Under the pieces are notes generated by a model. That model did no database searches. It was given only the letters and a program-made list of their open reading frames with translations, and was not told the DNA's origin. This document shows, piece by piece, positions 9,857-18,999 of a stretch of 59,057 nucleotides of DNA. The DNA comes from Phycisphaeraceae bacterium (GTDB taxonomy: Bacteria; Planctomycetota; Phycisphaerae; Phycisphaerales; Phycisphaeraceae), in contig JAHQVV010000202.1 in the NCBI GenBank assembly GCA_019634195.1, forward strand, positions 1 through 59,057, given 5' to 3'. The translations under genes were made by a program, and so were the position numbers. Position 1 is the first letter of the stretch. Each line of letters begins with the position of its first letter.

Positions 9857-10059
9857 GGTGATGTGTCCTCATGGTTAGCCTTCCTTCTTTACTCTCGTAA
9901 GGATGATAGGCAGCGATGGTTATTACCGCAATTCAATCGATTATTGCAATGGCTGGGGTGGTGCGATCAGAGCCGGTTGCGAATTGTTCTTGCTCGGTAT
10001 CAATCCGTTAAACTGTTTCTCGAAAAGAAGGTAGTTCACACTTACACAGAAAGATCACG

Positions 10060-11073
10060 ATGGCAATCAAGGTTGGAGTCGTTGGGCTGGGGATGATGGG
10101 GCTGACGCACCTGGATGCGTACGCCAAGCTTGATGGCGTCGAGGTGGTCGCCTTGGCCGACCGCGACGAGGACCGTCTGAACGGCAGAAGCAAGGCCGGC
10201 GGCAACATCGAGGGCCAGGCCGAGGGTGGCTTCAACTACGACAGCGTTCGCAAATACACGGATGCGGCCGAGCTGATCGCGGACCCCGACTTGGACATTG
10301 TGGATATCTGCCTTCCGACGCCTGCCCACGTGCCCTTTGGCATCAAGGTGCTGGAAGCGGGCAAGCACCTGCTGACCGAGAAGCCGCTGGCCCGGTCATA
10401 CGGGGATGCGATGAAGCTCGTGCATGCCGCTGAGGCCTCGGACAAAATCGCGATGTGCGCGATGTGCATGCGGTTCTGGCCCGGGTGGACATGGCTCAAA
10501 GAAGCGATCGGCGATGGCCGCCACGGCAAGCTGCTGTCGCTCTCGTTCCGCCGCGTCGCGTCGCACCCGCAGGGACCGTTCTATCTGGACGGCGACGCTA
10601 ACGGCGGGGCTGCACTGGACCTACACATCCACGACGCCGACTTCGTCCAGTTCCTCTTCGGCCTGCCCAAGTCCGTGAGCAGCGTCGGCTACTCGAGCAA
10701 GACGACCGCGGTCGACCACATCACGACGCGTTATGACGTGGGGATCGATGCGCTGGTCCGGGCCGAGGGCTCCTGGGCGATGGCCGACGGCTACGCGTTC
10801 TGCATGCAGTACACCGCGAACTTTGAGAACGCCACGGCCGAGTTCGACAGCGCCGCCGAGCACGCGTTGACGTTGTCCCAGGACGGCGAGGCCAAGCCTG
10901 TCGAGCTGGAAGACGGCATGGGTTACGACTACGAGATCGCCTACTTCCTGGATTGCGTCCGCAACAACAGTCAGCCACAGATTGTGACGATGCAAGACGC
11001 GGCCAACGCCGTGCGTTTGATTGAGGCCGAGGTACAGAGCGTGCGCAGTGGCGCGCCCGTGTCGCTTGACTGA
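10060..11073 (+). CDS. Gfo/Idh/MocA family oxidoreductase (cytoplasmic)
   Basis: VGLGMMG, LPTPAH, EKPLA and DLHIHD motifs. Confidence 0.92.
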   Translation: MAIKVGVVGLGMMGLTHLDAYAKLDGVEVVALADRDEDRLNGRSKAGGNIEGQAEGGFNYDSVRKYTDAAELIADPDLDIVDICLPTPAHVPFGIKVLEAGKHLLTEKPLARSYGDAMKLVHAAEASDKIAMCAMCMRFWPGWTWLKEAIGDGRHGKLLSLSFRRVASHPQGPFYLDGDANGGAALDLHIHDADFVQFLFGLPKSVSSVGYSSKTTAVDHITTRYDVGIDALVRAEGSWAMADGYAFCMQYTANFENATAEFDSAAEHALTLSQDGEAKPVELEDGMGYDYEIAYFLDCVRNNSQPQIVTMQDAANAVRLIEAEVQSVRSGAPVSLD

Positions 11074-11097
11074 TCGGGGGGCTTAGGAGGACGTCCG

Positions 11098-12096
11098 ATC
11101 GCAATAGCCAATGGATCAACCTGTTATGTGGGTCTGGACCTGGGCGGGACGCAGATCAAGGCGGGCCTCTTGGACCCTTCTTCTTCGGTGATCTCCAGCG
11201 CGACCGACCCGACGCCGACCGACTCTCGGCCCGAGGTGGTCATCGAGGCAATGAGCGCGATGGCGCGTCGAGTGGTCGAAGAAGCGGGGCGATCGTGGCA
11301 GGACGTTCAGGGGATCGGGATCGGTATCCCCGGGCTCATCGACAGCCGGACCGGCATCGTGCGGGCCTGCGTGAACCTCAAGGGCTGGAAGGACGTCGAG
11401 CTACGCGAGCTGGCGGGCGAGTCGCTGGGCCGGCGCGTGGTCGTGGATAACGACGCGAACGCCGCGGCCTTCGGCGAGTACTCCATTGCCCTCAAACGCA
11501 ACACCGGCCTGCACCACCTGGCCCTGGTCACGCTCGGCACCGGCGTCGGTTCGGGCATCGTCCTGAACCGGCGGGTCTTCCATGGCGGCGGCGGGCTGGC
11601 CGGCGAGGTCGGCCACATGATCGTCGAGCCCAACGGCCACCTCTGCGCCTGCGGGCAGTACGGCTGCCTGGAGCAGTACGCCTCCGCCACCGCGGTCGTG
11701 CGACAGGCCACCGAGCTGATGGCGGCGGGCAAGAGCTCTACACTCAAGGCCAGGGTCGACGCGGGCACGCTGACGACACAGGATGTTTTCTCGGCGGCAA
11801 GCGAGGGCGACCTCGTCGCCGAGCGGCTGATCGACGACCTGGCCAGCTACTTGGCGATCGCCTGCGTCAACCTCTGCCGGGTCATCGACCTGCAGGCCAT
11901 CGTCATCGGCGGGGGCGTTGCCGGGGCCGGGGACGGCCTGATCCGACCACTGCGCAAGGCGTTTAGCCGGCAGAACTGGGGCGTCGGCGGCGGCATCATG
12001 CCCAAGCTCAGCGCGACCGAACTGGGCAACGACGCGGGCTTTGTCGGTGCGGCGGCGCTCGCGATGGCGGGCCTCGGCGACGGGCAACGCGGCTAG
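11098..12096 (+). CDS. ROK family sugar kinase (glucokinase-like); start uncertain
   Basis: GLDLGGT, NDANAAA, TLGTGVG, EVGH and CACGQYGCLE motifs. The frame is open from ATC 11098 behind an AGGAGG; the first canonical start is GTG 11128. Confidence 0.88.
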   Translation: MAIANGSTCYVGLDLGGTQIKAGLLDPSSSVISSATDPTPTDSRPEVVIEAMSAMARRVVEEAGRSWQDVQGIGIGIPGLIDSRTGIVRACVNLKGWKDVELRELAGESLGRRVVVDNDANAAAFGEYSIALKRNTGLHHLALVTLGTGVGSGIVLNRRVFHGGGGLAGEVGHMIVEPNGHLCACGQYGCLEQYASATAVVRQATELMAAGKSSTLKARVDAGTLTTQDVFSAASEGDLVAERLIDDLASYLAIACVNLCRVIDLQAIVIGGGVAGAGDGLIRPLRKAFSRQNWGVGGGIMPKLSATELGNDAGFVGAAALAMAGLGDGQRG

Positions 12097-12144
12097 TTGT
12101 GTATCCTATGCGGCCCTGACACCAACCCGCTTACGGAGCCTTCG

Positions 12145-12975
12145 ATGAAGCCCGCAGACCAATCGCTTGCTTTCTGTTCATGGTCGACCCAGCCCAAGTG
12201 CCCCAACTGCTTGGTCAAGAACGCCAACGAGATCGGCATCAGCCGGGTGCAGCTGCACCTGAACCCGATCTTTGAGTCGCCGGAGGACTGGGCCGACGCC
12301 GGCCAGAAACTCGCCGACGCGGGCATCACGGTCGTCTCGGGGATGTTTACGCCTAAGGGCGAGGACTACTCGACCCCGGCCACGATCCAGAAGACCGGCG
12401 GTGTCGTACCCGACGAGACCTGGCAGGACAACCTGGCCGCGTTCCAACAGACCGCCGACGTCGCCAAGGCAATGGGCCTGTCGCAGGTCTCGTTCCACGC
12501 GGGGTTCATCCCCGAGGACGACAAGGCGCTGCACGACAAGCTCGTGGATCGGCTGCGGCAGCTCGGTGACATCCTGAAAGACAAGGCCGGCGCGGACCTG
12601 CTCCTGGAGACCGGGCAGGAGACGGCCGACTCATTGGATCGCTTCCTGGCCGAGGTCGACCGCCAGAGCATTGCCGTCAACTTCGACCCCGCCAACATGA
12701 TCCTGTACGGGATGGGCGACCCGATCGCCGCCGCCGAAAAGCTCGCGCCGCGGATCCGGCAGGCCCACGTCAAGGACGCGACCTCGCCGCCCGAGCCCGG
12801 CGCGTGGGGTGTGGAGGTCGCTGTGGGGACCGGCGAGGTGAACTGGGACGCATTCTTCAAGGCGCTGGACGCGGGCGGCTTTGATGGCAACCTCGTGATC
12901 GAACGCGAGGCCGGCGACGACCGTATCGGCGACATCAAACAGGCCGCGGCGTACGTCCCGCAGTTTGTGGGCTAA
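12145..12975 (+). CDS. Sugar phosphate isomerase/epimerase (xylose-isomerase-like TIM barrel)
   Basis: HAGFIP, LETGQE, NFDPAN, HVKDA and IERE metal motifs; GGAG SD before ATG 12145. Confidence 0.88.
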   Translation: MKPADQSLAFCSWSTQPKCPNCLVKNANEIGISRVQLHLNPIFESPEDWADAGQKLADAGITVVSGMFTPKGEDYSTPATIQKTGGVVPDETWQDNLAAFQQTADVAKAMGLSQVSFHAGFIPEDDKALHDKLVDRLRQLGDILKDKAGADLLLETGQETADSLDRFLAEVDRQSIAVNFDPANMILYGMGDPIAAAEKLAPRIRQAHVKDATSPPEPGAWGVEVAVGTGEVNWDAFFKALDAGGFDGNLVIEREAGDDRIGDIKQAAAYVPQFVG

Positions 12976-13004
12976 CCATCAAGTACTTGTAAAAAGCGGA
13001 TGAT

Positions 13005-13034
13005 AAAAAGCCCCGCCGAATGACGGGGCTTTTT
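13005..13034. terminator. Bidirectional intrinsic terminator
   Basis: AAAAAGCCCCG-ccgaatga-CGGGGCTTTTT between convergent genes. Confidence 0.85.
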
Positions 13035-13055
13035 CATTGGAATGGCATGTTCAAA

Positions 13056-13970
13056 TCATTTGAAGATGGCTGGGTCTGCGGGCTCGGCTGCACCCTCGCC
13101 AACACCGCCGCCACTACCGCCGGTTGGGGCACCGCCTGCCGGGGCAGGTGCGGGTGCCGGGGCATCGCTGGCTTTGACCAGGAAGATCTCGACGCGGCGG
13201 TTGGCTTTGCTCTGGCCCTTGGCGTTGTTGGCTTCAATGGGCTGGGTGGCGCCACGGCCGCCGGACACGACCCGGCCGGCACTGACGCCGTTGGCGATCA
13301 GCACACGGGCGACCGAGTCGCCGCGGTTGCTGGACAGGCCGCGGTTGTCGCCGTAGAGCTGCTTGCCGCGGGCGGACTTGACGGGCACAGCGTCGGTGTG
13401 GCCGACGACCTGGATGTCGAACTGAGCGGCCGCGCCGCCCGTGAGCACGTTGGCCAGCCGGCTGAGCGCGGTCTTGGCCGAGTCGCTGACGACGTCCGAT
13501 CCGAGCCCGAAGGTCAGGTCGCTGCGGAGACGGATCATGCCGCGGTCCGCGTCGTAGACCATCAGGTCGGGGTTGGCGGCAGCGAGGTCACGCAGGGCGT
13601 CGCTGACTTCCGGGGGCAGGCCCTCGACGACGACGATCTTGTCCTGGCCCGAGCCGAGCTTGGCGATCTCGGCACGGAGCTGGGCGATCGTCTTGTTCTT
13701 CTCGGCGATGGTCGCCTGGTCCTCGGTGTAGCGGGCCTCAAGGGCGGCGAGCCGGGCGATGCGGGCTTCCAGCGCGGCGATCGCGCTGTTGGCCTGCTTG
13801 TTGGCGAGGCGGAGGTTGGCGACTTCCTGCTCGAGGGTGGTCCTGCGTTCTTCGAGTTGGCGGTTGATGGTGAGCAGGTCGTCGTGGCTGTCCTGAGAGA
13901 CGCAGCCGGTGCCGAGCACCGTCAGGGCCAGCAGGGCGGCGGGCAGAGCGTTTAGGCGGGGGAGGGTCAT
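13056..13970 (-). CDS. OmpA/MotB-like peptidoglycan-binding lipoprotein with coiled coil
   Basis: Lipobox LGTGC, heptad-rich region, GHTD, LSSNRG and NRRVEI motifs. Confidence 0.85.
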   Translation of the reverse strand: MTLPRLNALPAALLALTVLGTGCVSQDSHDDLLTINRQLEERRTTLEQEVANLRLANKQANSAIAALEARIARLAALEARYTEDQATIAEKNKTIAQLRAEIAKLGSGQDKIVVVEGLPPEVSDALRDLAAANPDLMVYDADRGMIRLRSDLTFGLGSDVVSDSAKTALSRLANVLTGGAAAQFDIQVVGHTDAVPVKSARGKQLYGDNRGLSSNRGDSVARVLIANGVSAGRVVSGGRGATQPIEANNAKGQSKANRRVEIFLVKASDAPAPAPAPAGGAPTGGSGGGVGEGAAEPADPAIFK

Positions 13971-14148
13971 GGTCGCGGTCCTTGCGTTTTTCTTGTGCTA
14001 ACGTGTACTGATCGTCTGCGAGAGTTTAACGTTTGCCGGGCGTGGGTGGTAGTCGCGGGGTTGGTCAGGCGGCCCCCCGGCGGGGTGCTGGCGTGGTGGG
14101 AGACGCCACGAGACACAGAGTTTTTATCGGAACACAGACCGGCCCGCC

Positions 14149-15438
14149 ATGAAACACGCCCGCCCAACCGTTCTATACGCCGCCGCCGTGCGGGACGCGA
14201 TGGGGGTGAACGCCTCGCCGGGCGCGGTGCTGGTTCAGGACGGCCGGGTCGTTGCAGCGGGCGAGCCGGAGAGCCTGCCCGCCGAGCTGGTCGAGCAGGC
14301 CGAGGTGATCGATCGTCCAAACGGCCTGTTGCTGCCCGCGATGGTCAACGCTCATACGCATTTGGAGTTAACGGCCGTTGGACCACAGCCCTACGAACCG
14401 GCGGGTGGGTTCGTGAATTGGGTGAGAGATCTCCGCCTGCGCTTGGACGCGATCATAGGGCAAGACATCGATGCAAAAGATATTTTTCCGGACAATCACG
14501 CGGGCTGGCTTCGCGCGTGGTTTCGAGAGAGTGCCACGCAAGGCATCAGATTGGCGGTCACGTCCGGCGTCCAACTAGTCGGAGATATTTGTACAGATCA
14601 GGATATTCATGATCTGATACAACGGCGAGGCAGTGGGCTATTTGGCATTGCACACAGCGAGGTGTTCGGTCTCGGAAGAAACCGGCATCGCGACTTCAAT
14701 ACGTTTCACAGCTATGCCAAGGGTATTCAGCCACACGCACCTTATTCTGCTGGTCCTGAGCTCTACGCAGCCGCTGCTCGTGCCGCGGTTGAACAAGATC
14801 GCCCGGTCTGTACGCACTTGGCAGAGACTTCGGAAGAACATCAATTTATTGCATCCGGCGACGGTCCTTGGCTGGACTATCACAAAGAGATCGGCACTTG
14901 GGAAGAAGAATTCGCGGCATTCTACGGACAGGGCGAAACGCCGGTGCGCTGGATGCAGCCATACCTGCAGACCGTTGCCAACGTCGGCGGCTGGCTGGTC
15001 GCACACTGCAACTACGTCAGCGAAGACGACATCGCGATCCTTGCCGACACAAACACTTCAGTTGCTTACTGCCCGCTCGCCAGCGAGTACTTCGGGCACA
15101 AAGACCACCGCTACGGCGACATGCTCGCGGCGGGTATCAATGTCTGTCTGGGCACCGACTCGATCATCGGCACCGATCCGAACGACCCGCAGCCGTTGGG
15201 CCTGCTCAGCACGATGCGGCGCCTGTATGAACGCGATCAAACCGATCCCGATATGCTGCTCGCGATGGCAACAGTCCACGGCGCCCGTGCGTTACGACTG
15301 GGTGACAAAATTGCGACCCTCCAACCCGGTGCGCCGGCACGGTTCGCCTGCCTCCCAATCGATCCCGCAAGCGAGACCGACCCCTTGATCCAAGTTCTTA
15401 CGAGACAAGATCCCGTCGAGGCGATATCGTTTGATTAG
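14149..15438 (+). CDS. Metal-dependent amidohydrolase (cytosine/adenosine/aminodeoxyfutalosine deaminase-like)
   Basis: NAHTHLE, PHAPYS, HLAET, AHCN and LGTDS motifs. Confidence 0.85.
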   Translation: MKHARPTVLYAAAVRDAMGVNASPGAVLVQDGRVVAAGEPESLPAELVEQAEVIDRPNGLLLPAMVNAHTHLELTAVGPQPYEPAGGFVNWVRDLRLRLDAIIGQDIDAKDIFPDNHAGWLRAWFRESATQGIRLAVTSGVQLVGDICTDQDIHDLIQRRGSGLFGIAHSEVFGLGRNRHRDFNTFHSYAKGIQPHAPYSAGPELYAAAARAAVEQDRPVCTHLAETSEEHQFIASGDGPWLDYHKEIGTWEEEFAAFYGQGETPVRWMQPYLQTVANVGGWLVAHCNYVSEDDIAILADTNTSVAYCPLASEYFGHKDHRYGDMLAAGINVCLGTDSIIGTDPNDPQPLGLLSTMRRLYERDQTDPDMLLAMATVHGARALRLGDKIATLQPGAPARFACLPIDPASETDPLIQVLTRQDPVEAISFD

Positions 15439-15507
15439 AGCGTTGATGTGATTGGAGACGGCTGGGCAGGAGCCTCGCCCTCCCAGGTTATTTCGGTAAG
15501 CAGCATT

Positions 15508-16410
15508 TTGACCGATATCAAACCACAACTCGGCTACATCGGCTTGGGCATCATGGGCCTGCCTATGGCACGCAACCTGATGAACGCGAGCTATGCGATG
15601 ACCATCTGGAACCGTACCCCTGAAAAGGGGCAACCTCTCGTCGAGCGAGGCGCTGAGCTCGCCGACAGTCCGGCCGATCTCGCTAAACGCGGCCCGGCCG
15701 TGATCTTCATTAACGTCACCGACACGCCCGATGTCGAAGCGGTCTTGTTTGGTGACAACGGCCTCGCCTCCGCTGCGAAACCCGGCACGATCATCGTCGA
15801 TCACTCGACCATCAGCCCGGACGCCACGCGTGACTTCGCCAAGCGATTGGCCGAGCAGGGTATCGACTTCCTTGACGCCCCCGTCTCTGGGGGCGACATC
15901 GGTGCGCAGCAGGGCACCCTGTCCATCATGGTCGGTGGGCGCGACGGGGCGGTCCAAACCGTTATGCCTATGCTCGAGGTTGTTGGCAAGAGCGTCATCC
16001 ACCTTGGTGAAGCGGGCCTGGGCCAGACTTGCAAGGCCTGCAACCAGATCGCGGGGATGGTCACTTTGTTGGGTGTGTGTGAAGCGCTCGCGCTGGCCCA
16101 GCAGTCTGGTCTTGAGATGGGCAAGATGATCCAAGCCGTTGGCGGCGGGGCGGCGGGTTCGTGGCAACTGACTAACCTCGGCCCAAAGATCGCGGCGGGT
16201 GATCACGACCCCGGTTTCATGATCGATCTGGTCAACAAAGACTTAGCCATTGTGCTCGACGCGGCGGAGCGTGCGGGCGTGCCGCTACAGGGCACCGCGC
16301 AGATAGCCGATCTGTTCAAGCAGGTCGCGGCGCAGGGCGGTGGCCGGCTCGGCACCCAGGCCGTCGCCAAGGCGATCGAATCCGCTGGGGGTTTTTCGTT
16401 CAATGACTGA
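15508..16410 (+). CDS. NAD(P)-dependent beta-hydroxyacid dehydrogenase (GarR/MmsB family)
   Basis: IGLGIMG, DAPVSGG, GQTCKACNQ and KDL motifs; TTG 15508 is the likely start. Confidence 0.9.
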   Translation: MTDIKPQLGYIGLGIMGLPMARNLMNASYAMTIWNRTPEKGQPLVERGAELADSPADLAKRGPAVIFINVTDTPDVEAVLFGDNGLASAAKPGTIIVDHSTISPDATRDFAKRLAEQGIDFLDAPVSGGDIGAQQGTLSIMVGGRDGAVQTVMPMLEVVGKSVIHLGEAGLGQTCKACNQIAGMVTLLGVCEALALAQQSGLEMGKMIQAVGGGAAGSWQLTNLGPKIAAGDHDPGFMIDLVNKDLAIVLDAAERAGVPLQGTAQIADLFKQVAAQGGGRLGTQAVAKAIESAGGFSFND

Positions 16411-16810
16411 GCCGGCACAACAACCTGAGCCAGTCGCTGCGGCAGCAGAAGCGTCGGCCGACGCGGTCGAAGAGAAGCCGGCGACGCTGCTCACCCGGCA
16501 CATGCGCTACCCCAACTCGTACGCGTGGCTGCTGCTCTTGTCCTCGATGGACATCATGCTCACCTGGGTGATCCTGCTCTTTGGCGGGGCCGAGGTGAAC
16601 CCGATCGCGCGCGAGGTGATCAACCGCTTCGAGCTGCCCGGCATGATCATCTACAAGTTCGCGCTGATCGTCTTCTTCATCATCATCTGCGAGGTCGTTG
16701 GCACCCTGCGCGATTCCACCGGCTGGCTGCTGTCGAAGTTCAGCGTCATGGTCGCCTGCGTCCCCGTCGTTTGGGCGATGTACCTGCTGGCGCGGCATAA
16801 CATCGGCTAA
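16403..16810 (+). CDS. Small membrane protein, DUF5658-like
   Basis: D..LT..IL..GG.E.NPIA motif and three hydrophobic helices; overlaps the upstream stop. Confidence 0.65.
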   Translation: MTEPAQQPEPVAAAAEASADAVEEKPATLLTRHMRYPNSYAWLLLLSSMDIMLTWVILLFGGAEVNPIAREVINRFELPGMIIYKFALIVFFIIICEVVGTLRDSTGWLLSKFSVMVACVPVVWAMYLLARHNIG

Positions 16811-16816
16811 TTTACC

Positions 16817-16884
16817 GATCACGAAGCGTGAGTGAGTGGCCTGAACCATCTGCGGCTTGGGGCACTCGCTCACGTTTCGTGATC
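16817..16884. repeat. REP-like inverted repeat between convergent genes
   Basis: GATCACGAAGCGTGAGTGAGTG ... CACTCGCTCACGTTTCGTGATC (22-nt arms, 2 differences). Confidence 0.75.
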
Positions 16885-16903
16885 AGATCAATACGGCCAG
16901 CCG

Positions 16904-18790
16904 CTACGCTCCCGCTGTCTCCCGCGGTTTGCCGCATTCGTGGTACGGCATGAACGGCTTGGGGAATGTTTTCTTAAGCAACGGCTCGACCGCTTCGATC
17001 GAACGCAGGTGCGCGACGATGGCGTCCTGGCCGACGCGGCGGTGGAAGGTGCCCATGTCTTCGCCGTCTTTTTTGTTCGCGTTGTAGTGATCGAACAGGG
17101 CGGTTGTGACCGCGAGCGCATCTTTCTTACTGACCCGACGGAGCAGCCACTGCTCACCTTTGTCGGGTTTGTCAGGGTTGATGCCGGTAATCCATTGCCC
17201 CTGGTATCGGCCGTCTTCGGAGCCCCCGAGCTTGAGCGCGTATTGGTCGGGGCCTTGGCCGACCCAGCCGATGGTCTTGAGCCCGGGGCGGAAGCACTGG
17301 CGTTCGCAGCCGGTGATGCCGATGGACTCGGTCATATCGCCGTAGCCAAGCTCGTCGAGTTGGTCGAGGAGTTCGGGCTCCCACTGCTCTGAGTCGGTGT
17401 ACGCCAGCCGGCAGGTCGGCAGGCCCACGCAAGCGCCCGACAGCACACGCAGTGTCGAGTAGGCCTTGCCCTTGCGCTTACCATAGCCATGGTCTGCGAG
17501 CGCGCCTTCGAAGTCTTCCCTCGCATCCGGCTCGATGTTGGTGAACAGCAGGTCCTGGTTCGCGGTGATCAGCACCTCGGCCCCGAACTTCTCCAGGAGC
17601 GGGGTGACCATCGACTTCTGGTTGCCGTTGCCTTTGGCGGGATCGACATCGATGAGCCGGCCGTTCTCAATGTACGCACCGTAGGCGAGCTTGCCGTTGG
17701 TCTCTTGTTCCTGCCAGCCGTGGTGCATCATTCGAGCGCCAAGGTCGAAGCCCGGATCGGGCTGCTCGAAATTGACGCCGAGCGCTTTGACTTCGTTTTG
17801 GAACCACGGGATGCCTTGCTTTTGAACGACGTACTTCATGCGCGCCCAGACGCGGTTCTTGCGGTCGCCCCAGTCTTTATGGACGTCGACGACCGCTTTC
17901 ATCGCGGGGAACAGGTCGTCTGGCGCGACGCGTGCAAAGGGCAATGCGATACCAGCAAAGGTGGGCTTGCCGTTCTTCTCGCCCTGGCCGCCACCAATAA
18001 AGATTTCATAGGCAGCGACCTTGTCACCTTCTACAACAGGCGCGACACCGATCTCGCAGGCGCGGGCCTCGACGCAGTTGTCGCCGACGTAGTTGCCTTC
18101 GCTATCCCGGGTCACCGAGCTGAATGCGATCTTGAACTTGCGGTTCAACAGTTTCGGGCCGTAGCTGTATTGTTGCTCGGGGTCGTTGATCTGCGACGGG
18201 TCGACCGCAAAGACCTGGATGTGCGGCGCAGCCGGCAGGCGGAAGTACGTGCCGTACTCGTGCGCGAGCTTGTTGGCATCGCAGACGGCGGAGTACTTCG
18301 ACAGCGGGCAGCCCATGACGTTGCGGACGTTGTCGCCGCAGCCGTTGAGCGTGTAGTAGCCGGTGGACGCGACGTCCTGCACAAGGTTGACCAGGTCCGG
18401 CTTTTTCAACCAGTGGTACTGGATGTTTTGTCTTGTTGTCAGGCGCAGCGACGCGCCGCCCTCGGGGTTGTGGTCGCAGTACTTGTCCGCGATGGCATCG
18501 AAGACGCGCCACTGTTCCGCAGTGAATGAGCCGCCGCCGGGCACGGTGACGCGGACCATGTACAGCCAGTCTTTCTCTTGGCCGGTCTGGGCACGGTTGT
18601 ACTCGAGATAGATGCCGTGGCTCTTGGCGAGCTGCTCGGAGTCCTCGGCGATGTTGCCAGCGGATTGATCTCGGACGTGCTCGGGCAGGGCGCCGACAAC
18701 GCCGTTGGAGTTGAGCTTGTACTGCTCGACCTTGTTGAGCTGGTCTTCGGGTGTCTGAAAAACGGGTTCTGGAACCTTCTCGCGGGCCAT
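16904..18790 (-). CDS. Siroheme/[4Fe-4S] sulfite or nitrite reductase hemoprotein (CysI/Sir-like)
   Basis: RLTTRQNIQ, CGDNVRNV, RKFKIA and CVGLPTC...GCERQC ligands. Confidence 0.9.
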   Translation of the reverse strand: MAREKVPEPVFQTPEDQLNKVEQYKLNSNGVVGALPEHVRDQSAGNIAEDSEQLAKSHGIYLEYNRAQTGQEKDWLYMVRVTVPGGGSFTAEQWRVFDAIADKYCDHNPEGGASLRLTTRQNIQYHWLKKPDLVNLVQDVASTGYYTLNGCGDNVRNVMGCPLSKYSAVCDANKLAHEYGTYFRLPAAPHIQVFAVDPSQINDPEQQYSYGPKLLNRKFKIAFSSVTRDSEGNYVGDNCVEARACEIGVAPVVEGDKVAAYEIFIGGGQGEKNGKPTFAGIALPFARVAPDDLFPAMKAVVDVHKDWGDRKNRVWARMKYVVQKQGIPWFQNEVKALGVNFEQPDPGFDLGARMMHHGWQEQETNGKLAYGAYIENGRLIDVDPAKGNGNQKSMVTPLLEKFGAEVLITANQDLLFTNIEPDAREDFEGALADHGYGKRKGKAYSTLRVLSGACVGLPTCRLAYTDSEQWEPELLDQLDELGYGDMTESIGITGCERQCFRPGLKTIGWVGQGPDQYALKLGGSEDGRYQGQWITGINPDKPDKGEQWLLRRVSKKDALAVTTALFDHYNANKKDGEDMGTFHRRVGQDAIVAHLRSIEAVEPLLKKTFPKPFMPYHECGKPRETAGA

Positions 18791-18999
18791 CAGGCCTCCT
18801 TGCGTGGGGCAAAATCTGGGTCGAATCGCGTTATTCTACGCCAATCGTTGCATGGGACAACCCGCCTCGCCGCAGTCGGGGGATTGTGCAATCGGCGTGA
18901 GAAATTGCATTTTTCAGCATCGATGACCGAGAATAGATAGAACAATGGGTTTGTAGGCATTGCGCCTGTTTAAGCCTTCGTTGTCACTGGAGCACTTTT

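Noticed and set aside
13056-13970. Flagellar stator MotB
   Set aside because: It has a lipobox rather than the Asp-containing TM helix, and there is no motA neighbour.
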